A stretch of DNA of 64,000 nucleotides from Lama glama (Eukaryota). Numbering within the stretch: the stretch's first letter is position 1; each line of letters opens with the position of its first letter. A model generated the notes under the pieces. That model saw nothing but the letters and a program-made list of their open reading frames with translations. It had not been told where the DNA came from and searched no databases. This document shows positions 11,201-23,464 of the stretch, piece after piece. The stretch is taken from assembly GCA_028534125.1 (NCBI GenBank), contig CM052816.1, forward strand, positions 47,556,001-47,620,000. Direction: 5' to 3'. Position numbers and translations under genes: made by a program.

Positions 11201-14200
11201 ACGTGCTCGAAGGTCATGCTTTTCAAACTGCTTCCAGGGTAGTTTCACGAGCGTTGGGACCGGGCCAGACCACTTTCAACATCTTGTCTCTGGTCAGAAT
11301 TTAGCCTGAAGAACATGGTGGAAACTAAGCATCATCAATCATCAGGTCATGTGGGTGGTAGAAATTTCCGTACTATTCACACCCTTCTCTTTCCCCTTGG
11401 GTCAACACCCTTTTGGTTTTGATTTTCCTCTTTCCTCCCACCCCACTGAGAATTATGACCATAGGGCATCATTATTTCTGATGAAAATAAGTCATGGTTC
11501 TTAGATGTAATGAGGAGATGGTAAGGTTGAGACCTTATGATCTCACCGGGAGAAGAGGACAAGTGACTGAGACCAGGCAGAACCTAAAAAAATACACTGA
11601 ACATTTAATTGTTTTAAGCCAAACATAGTATTAGATTACATGGTCTAACCACATGGAGTTAGCATTAAATTTATTTAGCTGTTAAATGAAGCTGCATTTT
11701 GCACATACATAGATATAGATATATCTCTCCAAAGGATTAAAAGTAGCTACTACAGTAATTATTAATAATAATTGGCTATTCTTATCCATGACTTTGAAAT
11801 ATATAAATATACTGGCATATTATGCATGAGATATCCCGATGTTCCCCCTCAGTTCATGCTGACTTGGAGATAGGGCTTTGGAAGATACCTTGGACACATC
11901 TCAGATAAGAAAGATGATTATTTATGGGAATCTACTGCACTGTTCCACCTGTGATACTCTTCAGTAGGTAGATGACTGTGTACCAATTAAAATCAAGACT
12001 TTCAAGATTTAAATAATGACATAACTTGACGTTAAATAATTGGTAGGGACAGTTAAAAAGAAACAGAAGAAATCAATCAATATGGAAAATCATTTAAATT
12101 TAGAAACACATTTTCCTTTAGAATCTAAATATTTGATGAGAAGTTTTCTGATTCCCTTTATGTGGCTGACACTCCTTTGTGGAATACTCACGGACAGTGA
12201 TACTGATGTTCTAGGTGGCTAAGTTTCATATTTAAAGGAAAAGACCAAGTTTTAATAACAGGTAAAGTAGATCAAAGTTTCACTGTCATCTGAAATACAA
12301 CCATAGATTTTCAGTGTAACAATGACCTCTATCACACACGAGTAGGAAAAACATTCAATAGGAACAAAAGTCATTTGTCTCCTAAGTTCGTTGTTAGAAA
12401 TTTCAGCTCCTATTGAACCTGACAAGAGCTGTAATATTAAAGAGAGATTTGGAGTAGAAGATAGAAATATGGAACTAAATTGTAAAATGGAATTCAATTA
12501 TAATATGGGGTATTTAAATACGACAAGTTTAAGTGCAAGGATTCTTAAGAAGTTGTAAAAAGTTAGATCTGAATTTTCAGTGCAGTGCGAGTCAAAGTAC
12601 ATACCATATAATTTGGATATTGGATCTACAGGAAGGAGAAATTAAACTAATATTTATTGAGAACCTAAAATAAGCCTGATGCTGTTAAGTCCTTACATGT
12701 TTATTAGTTTAATTCTGACAAATCAATATTAATATTGACAATATGGCAGACAAGAAAATAGGTTTTAAGAAATCCAGAAAACTTGTCTAAGATGATACAC
12801 TTAATTCTTCCATTTGCATGAAACAGTGTTCCAAAGCTATGATATGCACAGTACAATCTGAATTGCTCATATGTCCTTTTAGACATCTTACTATTTGGAA
12901 ATATTTGAAGAAGTTCATCATTCGCAAATATGAAAATTCCACCTGTTACACGGGCTTTTTTAGTCAAAACAAGTGCCATGTTTTGGCATTTGACCTTGGA
13001 GTTGGTTCTCCTTGGTAAGGAAGACACTGTACCTGTTTCCTCATCTACAAAATAGTTTCTACACAACCTTCCCATAGGGTTGTTATGAGAATGAGATGAT
13101 GTAGTGTGTTAGGTGCCTTTGAAAGGGATTGAAAAATAGCAAATGCTTAATAAATTATTATCATTAATATTTGATTGTGTTTCAGCTATTTCATTCATTT
13201 AAATAATCTTTTTTAGATTATAGAAAAAAGGAGAGATGCTTAAATAAGACACCCATGCTACTTGCTCTTGTAAAAAGTTAAGCCTTTTAAGAGGAAATTT
13301 AGGACTATTGCCAAAGTGTTGTCATGGGTCATGATCTATAAAGGGAGCTCAATCATTCTATTTCAGATCCTCGCTGACCCACATAATGAAGATTTTGGAA
13401 AGTTTTCAAGTAATATTAGATGGCAAATTATGAAGGATTGTGTCAACACACTACATACACTGACGACTGAAAAACGATCCAGGAATTATGTCATGTTTAC
13501 CTGATGCGGTTAAGTAGATTTTGAAAACTTGAAAATTATTTTGCATTCTTTTTTACTTGATTTTCCTTAATGCCTAAGCTAGATACACATAGCAATGTAA
13601 CTCTCACGTGGAAACAGTTACTTTTCACTTTTTGTGAAAATACTTTGAAAAGTTGAAAGTAATGCATGAGCACGAGAACGTGCCAAACAAGGAAGCAGCA
13701 GGCTTTCCAGATTGCACATTCCTTTTTGTTCCCCCTTTTTACCCCAGACTGTACATTTTGAACACTGTAAACGTATAGACAAATGACTGTAAATATGGGA
13801 CACTGATTCCTGGAGTCTGACTGGAAAGTAGAAATCTTCAAATAAGATTGTCTATATGTTTCTAGAATATCCTTACAAGTAAGGATATCTTAGGATAAAT
13901 GAGAAAATGAGACAGCAGTTTCGCATGAATAAATCCTGGTCTGCCTGCTCACAGAGCAGATACAGCAAAAGAGAGCCCCTTGACGCTCATTCTTTGGTTA
14001 TTCTCTTGATTTCTACTACTTGTTTTCAATCACGTTCATAAAAACAAAGGGCAGACAAGAGAGTTGAAGCAGATCGGTCAGAAGAGCCAGAGGTTTTTTT
14101 TTTGTTTTTTGGGGTGTATTTTCTTTAAATGCTGCAACATTTGTGGTATATATTAATGCTTAAAAATTTAAAGTCAGTCTTTATGAACTTCATTCAACAA

Positions 14201-15419
14201 AAACCTGTTGGTCTCACATTGTGAGGATCAGTTAATAGAAGCAATGAAGTAATGGCTCAGGAGAGGGAGGAATTTTAAACGAAAGAAATGAATTCCTCTT
14301 CTGCTCCCATGGAGTGAGCTGGATGAGAAGCGTGAATGTGAGACAATGGTTCAGATTTGATTAAGTTCACCTTTAGACAATCTGTGTTATTAAAAATAAT
14401 GTTTGGAAATATTGGCACTGTAGTTCTTAGATATGGTTACAAAGCCAATGCTTACTGTAATTAATGATCTAAACATTTCTAAAAAACATTTGTAGCAAAC
14501 TTTGAATGAGTAGTTAGATATTTACAGTAATCAGTTCCATGAAAAAAAAAATCAACATTAAAGAAATAACAAAAGCAACAAAACATTGAGTCTCTGTCTT
14601 CACAGTTTCCGCATTAGAAACAAACAGCCATGCTTCTCTTCAAGATATTATCACAAACTGCCCCTCGCTACCTCCAGACAGCTACTCCCTTGCTCTTCGT
14701 GATGTAAAAATGGCTCCATAATCCAAAAAGTTCATAGAAGAAACAAGCAAAATTTGTAGATCATTTTAACATCATCTGTTTTACAATGTTTTCATTGTTG
14801 AGTAAGGATAAGCCATCTCCCTTGTTTCGGGGAAGAAATTTTCACGTGCTCATTATGGCCTGGCTGAGGGGTACAGACACTGCCTCACCTTTAGGCTTTT
14901 ATTGCCTTAATAAGATGTGTTGCATCCTTCACAACAGCCACAAGAGTTCCATTTCACCTTTCCTCCACCCACAGTACTGTATGCATCAATTATCAGGGTT
15001 GAAAAATGATGTCTTGGTGGCATTCTCAAAGTCAGAAAAGGGCTTGACCTTGTCAATCTGGTCACAATTAAAGGGTGCGGTGTGACCTTGGAGTAGCGTT
15101 TAGAAAAGTCAGGCAGATGGAAGACAAAATAAAAATATTGCTAGTTTATTTGCAAAACTGTTATAGCGGCAATTTTGTTGGTTATACAACTAGAAATGGT
15201 CCATTGAAACTACAGTCTAGGGTTACAAAATTTCATTTTGAAATTCACCTCAAGTAATTCAATGTTACAGCCAAGAGGAATGTAGCATCAGTACCTGTTT
15301 TGGTTATAGTTGAAAAATATGTCTTATTCCTTAGTTTAACACTATTTCCTTTTGGTGCAGAAGTTCTCAACTAGGTACTTTTTCCAGTGGTTTCTCATAT
15401 GATGAATTAGTTGTCCCAC

Positions 15420-15567
15420 TGCATTTGGAGATCCCCTTCAGTGCCCCAGGCTGGGCTCCCCTAACTGATACTGAATTCCTCATATTTTATCATTTCTTCC
15501 AGTTGTATAGGACGGGGTATGATTGTCCTATCCAACAAATTGAGGTCCTGGAGTTTTTTTCTTGTTC
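15420..15567 (-). pseudogene. Exon-like segment ...KKLQDLNLLDRTIIPRPIQLEEMIKYEEFSIS*...
   Basis: Acceptor aactctccatctag; candidate donor CA|gtggga; phase fits the upstream segment only if one A was gained in the A7 run. Confidence 0.4.
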
Positions 15568-15684
15568 CTAGATGGAGAGTTGACATCTAAATAGTTAATA
15601 GTTAGTGCCTCATAAAAGTACATGTCCTTTATTCCCCCCCACATTGTAAGTCACCAATTAAAACTTTTACTTTCAAAGAAAGAG

Positions 15685-16240
15685 TGCATTCATTCAATCA
15701 AGATTTCATAAGTGTCTACTACACACCAGAAACTATTCTAGGCACTGGAGATGGATCTGTGAAAACAAACTTTTTCACATTGTTCCTTAAAATTTTTGTA
15801 AGAAAAGTAAATAAAAAAGGAAATCAAGTAAAATTAAAAGTATGCGAGATGATTGATAAGTATTGTAAAGAAAATTAATCAGGGAAGGGAAACAGAGAGC
15901 ACTGAAGAAGGGGGAGTTGGTTATGAGGAGGGTCAGGGTAGGTCTTTACACAAAGTTCACATTCGAATCAATTTCCAAAAGAGATGAGTAAGGGAACGCT
16001 CGGGACACCTTGGGAAGGGCGTTCCAAGCACAGGGAAAAGCAGGTGGGAGCCTGCCTGTCTGGGTGAAGGAGTCAGTGTGACAAGAACTGAGGGCTGACA
16101 GGAAGACTTAAGGTCTTAGCAGGAAAAGTGTGAGTGTTGGGAGCAGGGGGTTGAGGGAGGCAGACCGTTTAGTACTTTGTAGGCCATTCCAAGGATGTTA
16201 GTTTTTCTCAGTGTGAGCTGAAAGCCACTGGAATGTAATC
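15685..16240 (-). mobile_element. L2 LINE 3' fragment
   Basis: gcattcattcaatcaag...gtgtctactacacaccagaaactattctaggcactggagat...gccactgga. Confidence 0.75.
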
Positions 16241-16766
16241 TAAGGGAATTCAAGTCTTCTCTTTAACAATTATAATGCTCTGAGATATTAAGGCACTATA
16301 ATTTGTTTATTTTTATGGGTATATTAAAGTTTTCTCACTGCTCATTTTATATAGATACATGCATGTATAAACTTTAAAATAGATCCCTTTATGTCAAATC
16401 TGACAGGCTACAAAAAATCATTTTGGTTTCTGGAAGCTGGAAGTTGATTTAGCCAAATTCACTGAGCCCACGGCATTTTTGCTAGCCCCTGAGAAACTTA
16501 ACACAAAGCAGGGTTGGAGTGCTGTCTACTTGATACTGTATACATTAAAGAGATGGAGTTAGTAATCGGGCTCAATGAAAACTTTCTAAATTATAGCAGG
16601 AACTACATAAATTCCTATTCGTGGCAAATAAAAAATGTTTCTGAAAACACAATTGAATATGAAAATTTTGTTTTCACCAATAAAGTTTTTGGAGTCTTCA
16701 TAAAACTTATGACCAGTTATTTATTGCTTAGGAAGTTTAAACTCTTTACACATATTGTCTTTTTCT

Positions 16767-16876
16767 CATTTTTTTTTTATTGACATAAACTCAGTTTACA
16801 ATGTTGTGTCGGTTTCTGGTGTACAGCATAATGTTTCAGTCATACATATACATACATATATTCCTTTTCGTATTCC
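16767..16876 (-). mobile_element. Short 5'-truncated L1 3' end
   Basis: Poly-T then ttattgacata...tttacaatgttgtgtcggtttctggtgtacagcataatg, similar to 38650-38720. Confidence 0.8.
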
Positions 16877-17295
16877 ATATATTATCTTAATCACACAACT
16901 ACTATTATTATTGCCTAATAATAATATGTTTTAATCATTATATATTAATATCATCACTCCTAGTAGTAAGGGTAGAATCCCCATTTTAAAGGCATGAAAA
17001 ATCAAGTTTAAAATTAGAGAGGTTAAGTAACTTGTACAGGGCAGAGAAGGCAGAATTGGTTTCCAAATCCAGTTTGCCTGACCACAGAGTCCACACACTG
17101 TGGAAAACTGCCTCTGCTTTATAAAGTTAACATTGGTAAACTTAGACATCAACTTGCAAATCTGTGATGTGAGGAAGCATTTAATGTTATGATTAAAACA
17201 TACTCCTTATGCGTGGGCAACACATAGTAGGAGCCCATAAAATGCTATTTCCCTCACTATTTTCCCTCATAATTGATTAAAAAAAATTTTCTTAC

Positions 17296-17550
17296 TTTAA
17301 AAAGAGCGGTAGAAGACTGCACCTAGTCTGTTTAAAGAGCTTATCTTTTGTGAACATATGTGCAGCATTGAGCATCATTTTGTTGGGACGTGCACTCCTC
17401 CTGTTGATGCTTATGGTGATTCTCTCCACAACAGCAGTGAGGACTGTACACACATAATGGTAATTTCGGAGCAGAAACAGATCAATCACAAGTTGTACGT
17501 ATAATGTTGGAAGATGCAGTGTGCTCTACAGTGTCTCCAAGGAAAGCATT
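17296..17550 (-). pseudogene. Exon-like segment MLSLETL*STLHLPTLYVQLVIDLFLLRNYHYVCTVLTAVVERI...LLPLFL, 255 nt
   Basis: Acceptor cacttgattcccttgcag; donor AAA|gtaaga; phase 2-2; one stop in about 85 codons. Confidence 0.62.
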
Positions 17551-18383
17551 CTGCAAGGGAATCAAGTGCAGCCCTAGAAGAGTCGTTCTGAACGTATCAC
17601 TGCCATGTCCTGTCTTACACTCCAGCCCAGTAATACTGGGCTTTAACCTGTGCAAATTTGACAACTCTGAACCATTTGGAGCCTTGTCCCCTATTCCAAA
17701 AGGTTTCTCTTTCATACAACTAAAACCAGACTCCCATTTTCTTAGTACAACTTACTCTCAGCTTCCATCCTCAAATTTTAACTTTGGATCATGTCAGTTC
17801 AGGTTATTAATCCCCACCCCCACTCCCCAATTACCCTACTCAAACCCTGTAAGGTACATAAATTGTAGCCTATGTCTTATAACATCCTCACAGTCCATGT
17901 CATGGGACTAACTTATAATGAGGTCTTTTCACCTTCTCCAGTAAAACTAAATCTTCTTGGATAATATCCAAGACATATCTGTCTTGAATCAAATTCTGCT
18001 CCAGAGATTATGGTGATACAAATGTAGACAACAGTAAATACATCTCCAGCTCCAGGAAAACAGTAACTTTAATTAAATGTTAATTTGTTGCCTGCCATAT
18101 TTTGCAGTTTTTAAAGAGATTTCAAATATATTAGTTTATTCTTCACAGCAGCCCAGCATAATAGATAGGATAGAAATTATACTCACATTTTACCCATAAG
18201 GAAACTATGACTCAAAGACAATAAGCAAGCTGTCTCAGGTTAGACACCTGGAAAGAATTAAAGAGAGTTTCAAGTTGAGGATTTCTGACTCTAATTCCAG
18301 AGCCCTTCTCACCACACCATTAAGCTGAAGTGAAAAAAGTTGAAGTGAGATCACTCATAAATTTGTGGGTAAAATATAAGTAC

Positions 18384-18503
18384 AATATTTTCTTTGGGGC
18401 CAAATACACAAAGAAATCTTGGAGTCATTCTTTGTTTGGCAATGCAAGTTCTTCCTGCAACTGTCAAAGTTTCCTTCTGCTGAGAGTATATTCTGCAATT
18501 TTT
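18384..18503 (-). pseudogene. Exon-like segment KIAEYTLSRRKL*QLQEELALPNKE*LQDFFVYLAPKKI, 120 nt
   Basis: Acceptor atcttcttccag; weak donor TT|gtactt; phase 2-2 matching 17550; heptad-like translation. Confidence 0.5.
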
Positions 18504-19219
18504 CTGGAAGAAGATTTTTGGGGGGATATCAAAAACCTTTAAAATTGTGAGTAATAAAGGGAAGCCTGCCCAACCAGCTATTAAACAAGATTGCAAAATT
18601 AACAATAATTTTTAAAAGAAGGTACTTGTACAAGATTAGCATGGAACGGTTCAAAAGCAGAACCAAATCAATTACAGAATGTACACTGCTCCAAAGGAAA
18701 CAGAGGTGGATGAGCTAAATTATTCAAAAATTGGTGTTAGAAAAATCATCCATCTTTTAAATGTATCTCACAACAGAGAACGAAACATATTCCACATGGA
18801 TTCAAGAAGTAAATGCAAATAAAGTACATGGTGTTGAACAAATTGAGGTTTCTGAGTATAGTTGCCCAGGCTGCGTGCTCACAAAGTAGGGGTCGTGTTC
18901 ACGTGGACAATAACGTGAATGGCACACCCGCCTGGGTGAGAAATGTTAGCACCTTGTAACCAATTTTTGCTTGAGGAACGATTTTTTTAAATGAGAAAGC
19001 AATATAAAAACCACATAAAAATAAACTGATAAAAAGGACCACATAAACACATTTGAATACTATACATCAGACATCATAAAATTAAAAGACAAACAAAAAC
19101 TGGTAAAAAACAGTTGCAACAAATATGATAATTGCATAGGATTTATGTATTAAGTACATGCATATTTGCAATAACATCCAAATTAATTTTACAACCCCCC
19201 AAAAACAACACCATTCATT

Positions 19220-20150
19220 ACTTGTATAGGTAGGGTAATGCTAAAGGATGTAACAACAACAAAAAACCCCCCAAAATGTGAAGTGGCTCAAATAGAATAC
19301 AAACAAGCATTCTTAACCTTTTAGTACTAGGACCACGTTAGCAGTCTAGTAAAGCTTAGGACATTTTTATACAATATTGTTTTTAAATACATAAAATAAA
19401 ATTTAAAAGATTTTAAAAGAAACCAATTATATCAAAAGGCAGCTATAAAATATTAAAATAACTTGTGATGCAATAATAAAGGTGCTTCTTTGTGAAGACA
19501 TTAAATAACAAAATACAGCAGCAGGTTTAATTATTAAAATAATTTCAAGGTCTTGATGAGTACAAACTAAATTTCAGATACCTGCCTACAATTGTAGTGT
19601 GATACAGAAATAGCCATCACAGGTACAGCTGATAATACCATTTTGTTGTCTATGTTTGTTATGGAAGAAAATGCTAAATTGCAGTTAAGACATTCGTGGA
19701 AATAATACTTTTTTTCTCATTCCAAGTTCACAAACCCCCACATTTTATCTATGGACCCCTTAGAGATCTTGGGGGCCTCATGTGGAGAACTGCTATCTGG
19801 GACGTTTCTCTCCTGCTCATGGAATGTGGGAAGGTAGAGGAGTGGATTCAGGTACCCAGTGAAGGCGGTCTTAGGGAGCAATCCAGGGACTGGCTGCAGG
19901 AGGTTTGCCACATTCAGTGTGTGGCCTCCGTCACTGTCCCCCTCTCAGCCAGCCGGAAGAGGAGATAAACATGGAGAGAGACACGTCAGACTTTTACTGG
20001 CCAACCCTGGAAATGGTGCTCATCACGTCTACTCATTTTCTGCTGACTAGAGCTTGGTCACGTGAGCACACACATATGGCAAGGGAGATTGGGAAATACA
20101 CAATACAGATAAGCCTCATGGCCAGGAAGAAGAGGGGAGCATGGGCTTTG
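19220..20150 (-). mobile_element. MaLR LTR (MLT1-type) interrupted by a DNA transposon
   Basis: ggtaatgcta...gtaacaacaac...ccccaaaatgtgaagtggctc on the left; catcacgtctactcattttctgctgactagagcttggtcacgtg on the right. Confidence 0.6.
19304..19795. mobile_element. hAT-Charlie DNA transposon fossil (MER119-like)
   Basis: ttcttaacctttt...gcagtctagtaaagc...aaagaaaccaattatatc...ccaagttcacaaaccccc...tggaccc. Confidence 0.7.
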
Positions 20151-20704
20151 ATGAGAAGGCAATGGCCTTTGCCAAATTATCTATCAAATTAGCAATTAAT
20201 GACTATCCTCAATGAGGTAAAGTTAGAGTGAAGATATGAGAACTGTTTTGGAAATTAACTGTGTAAAAAACATTTTGGAGAGCAAACCATCAAGATGAAT
20301 CAAGGGTTTTAAAATTGCTCATACTCCTTGATCCATTCATTTAATTTCTGTGAATTTTCTTAAGAATGTAACATACATGGAAGGAAAAATTATGTACAAA
20401 TTAGTCCTAGAGATAGTCATTTAAATAAAAAGAGTTGCTATTAATTATAAAAGGTATCTACAATAACCAAAATAAGTTAGCATTGTCAATGAAATTGAGG
20501 GACATCCATATAATAGACTATTATGTTCATAAGTTTTAATAATCAATAGCTGAAGTTTCTCAAATGCTTGTATATGCCAGGCATTGTGCCGGTCACTTTC
20601 CATGCCTGAAGTCTGGCAACCACTCCATGAGATACTTTCTTGATCCCCTTTCACGTGTTAAAAAACTGAATTTCAGCAAGGCTAAGTGCTTTGCTGAGGA
20701 TCAC

Positions 20705-21172
20705 GTAGCCTCAGTTTAGTCTCTGCTGGCTACTCATCTAAAATCCCTTCTCTTTTCTTCCTTACTCATGGAACTCCAGTTTTGTTTGGGGTTGCAATGT
20801 GCTCAGCTAAAAATACTCAGCCATCAGACTAACACAACTCAGGTGGCCATGTGCCTAACTATGGCCAATGCAATTTAAGCAGAGCTGGTTATTTGACAGG
20901 CTTAACTGGAATAAGCCTTTTCAGCCTTTCGGCCTTCATCTTCCCTCTTCGTCTTCTCTCAAATGAGCATATGAAGCCTGTCCGTGTAGCAGTCATCTTG
21001 TCACCATGGCTGAAAATCACAGGCTAAGAATGGCAAGACAAGAGACAAGGAGAAGCCCCGACCCTGAAATTCTTGAGGACTGCACCAGCCCAAGACCCTT
21101 AACCCTGTTTGATTTAGGTCACCGAAGTTAGACTCGTATTAAGTGCAGCCAAACACAATTCCATCTGATGCA
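20705..21172 (+). mobile_element. MaLR LTR (MLT1-type) inserted in a MIR
   Basis: Ends gcagccaaacacaattccatctgatgca; MIR-like sequence on both sides (20560-20705, 21172-21230). Confidence 0.65.
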
Positions 21173-21718
21173 GCTGGTCAGGGGCAAAATCAAGGCTTAA
21201 GTCCAGATCTAGTTCGCTCAAAGTCCTCTTAAGTACAAATATATACTAATTTTGTGCTTATTCTTTCATGTTAACTTTGAAAAGCAGGATACTGAAATTG
21301 TATACGTAGTGTGATACCAACTACATCAGTATGCACAGAAAGAATACTGGAAGAGAAGAGACCAAAATTTTGATAATGGTTATCTCCAGCTAGCAGGATT
21401 ATAAGGGTTAAATTTTTAAAATAATGTTATAAGAGGATTTTATTATTATAAATGTAATATATGCTTATTTGGATAATTTGCAATTTAAAGGAGAGAAAAA
21501 AGGAAAAGATTAAAATGTACTACTTAACAATTTTCTCTACATTTATATTTTCAAATTGTATGTACTATTTTGTATCTTGCTGTTTTTACTTTCTATTATA
21601 ACACTTCTCACTGTTGTTAAATATTTTAGAAATACCATGTTAATGGCTGCCTATTATTCTAGCACATGGATGAATATAAATTGTTCAAGCATTTTTCAGT
21701 TGTTGAAAATTTTAATTA

Positions 21719-22519
21719 CTTCTTTGATTTCATCATTGACCCACTGGTTTTTTAGTAGCATCTTGTTTAATCTCCACACTGTCGTTTTTTTCTTCTTTGT
21801 TTTTCTGTAGTTGATTTCTAGTTTCATGGCATTGTGGGCAGAAAAGATGCTTGAAAGAATTTCTATCTTCTTAAATTTGTTGAGGCTTCCTTTGTGCCTG
21901 AGTACATGACCTATCCTAGAAAATCTCTCATGTGCACTTGAGAAGAATGTATATTCTATTTTGGGGGAATGTAATGTTCTGAAAATATCAGCCAACATTA
22001 ATTGTTCTGTTGTATCATTTAGTTTCTCTGTTGCCTTATTAATTTTCTGTCTGGAAGATCTGTCCAGTGATGTTAATGGGGTGTTAAAGTCTCCTACTAC
22101 GATTATGTTCCCATAAATTTCTCCCTTTGTATCTGTTAGTATTTGCTTTATGTATTTAGGTGCTCCTATATTGGGTGTGTATATGTTAACCAGTGTAATA
22201 TCCTTATCTTGTATTGCTCCTTTAATCATTATATACTGTCCTTCTTTATCTTTCCTTATGGCCTTTGTTTTAAAGTCTGTTTTGTCTGAAATCAGTATTG
22301 CTACTCCTGCTTTCTTGTCATTTCCATTTGCATGGAGTATCTTTTTCCATCCTCTCACTTTCAATCTCTGTGTGTCCTTCTCCCTAAAGTGGGTCTCTTG
22401 TATGCAGCATATTGTAGGTTCTTGTTTTATTATTCAGTCTTCCACTCTGTGTCTTTTGATTGGAGCATTTAGTCCATTGACATTTACGTAATTATTGATA
22501 GATGTGTGTTTATTGCCAT
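21719..22519 (-). pseudogene. L1 ORF2p APE-like endonuclease domain, disrupted near the start
   Basis: KKAGVAILISDK, NIYTPN, GDFNTPL, YTFFS, SAHNAMKLE motifs; ATG at 22519 followed by an early frameshift/stop. Confidence 0.93.
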
Positions 22520-22899
22520 TTTGAACTTAGGTGTGCAGTTGATTTGGTATTTCCTCTTTGCTCCTTTCTTTTTCTTTTTGTGGTTTGATGATTTTCCTTT
22601 GTATTATCTTGGTTTCTTTTTATTTTTTGAGACTGTATTATAAGCTTTTGGCTTCTGGTTACCCTGTTTTGTACATATATTAACCCATTACTATATCTGC
22701 TTGTTTTAAACTGATAGTAATATAAGCTCAAATCCATCCTGAGAACAAAAAAAAAAAAAAAAGAAAGAAAGAAAAGAAAAAGACTCATTTTCTTGCTCCC
22801 CTCTCACACCCTTAATGATTTAGATGTCCTCTTTTACAATTTCATGTTTATTCTATTGTAATTCATTGTATTCATTGCCTTTCCAATTGTGGTCTTCTT

Positions 22900-23464
22900 T
22901 CTGTAGCATCCTGCTTTTCTCTTTAAGAGTAGACCTTTCAATATTTCTTTTAGGGTAGATTCAGTGTTGCTAAATGCTCTTAGATTTTGCTTGTCTGTGA
23001 AGATCTTTATCTCTCCTTCTACTCTAAAGGATAGCCTTGATGGATAAAGTATCCTAGGCTGCATCTTTTTCTCATTTAGGACTTTGAATATATCTTGTCA
23101 CTCCCTTCATGGCCTGCAGTATTTATATAGAGAAATCAGCTGAGAGCCTTATGGGGGGGTTCCCTTGTAACTAACTCTTTGTTTTTCTCTTGCTGCCTTT
23201 AAAATCATTTCTTTCCTTAACCCTGACCATCCTAATTATAATATGTCTTGGTCTGGGTCTGTTTGGGTTCTTCTTGTTTGGGACCCTCTGCACTTCCTGT
23301 ACTTGGATATCTGACTCCTTTAGGTTTGGGACGTTTTCGGTCATGATTTCTTCAAATACCTTTTCAATACCTGCTCTTTCTTCTCCTTCTGGGAACCCTA
23401 TTATGCATAGGTTGACACACTTTATGTTATTCCATAGGTCCCTTATATTGTTTTCACATATCAC
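22900..23464 (-). pseudogene. L1 ORF1p C-terminal remnant (RRM and CTD), frameshifted, N-terminal part missing
   Basis: RDLWNNIK...IIGFPEGEE...PRHIII and QPRILYPSRLSF...IFTDKQ motifs. Confidence 0.9.

Noticed and set aside
10925..11309. Overlapping 107-aa and 121-aa ORFs
   Set aside because: No splice context or recognisable domain; probably an old LTR-like, locally GC-richer patch.
12883..13014. Plus-strand 132-nt open exon-like segment with good splice sites
   Set aside because: It is nearly isolated, antisense to the main chain and has no recognisable peptide. It also shows that pseudo-exons occur at background rate here.
17504..17911. 135-aa plus-strand ORF
   Set aside because: No recognisable domain or gene context; treated as a chance ORF partly antisense to the minus-strand relic.
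21696..22364. 222-aa ORF as a host gene
   Set aside because: It is the L1 ORF2 endonuclease domain within a disrupted element.
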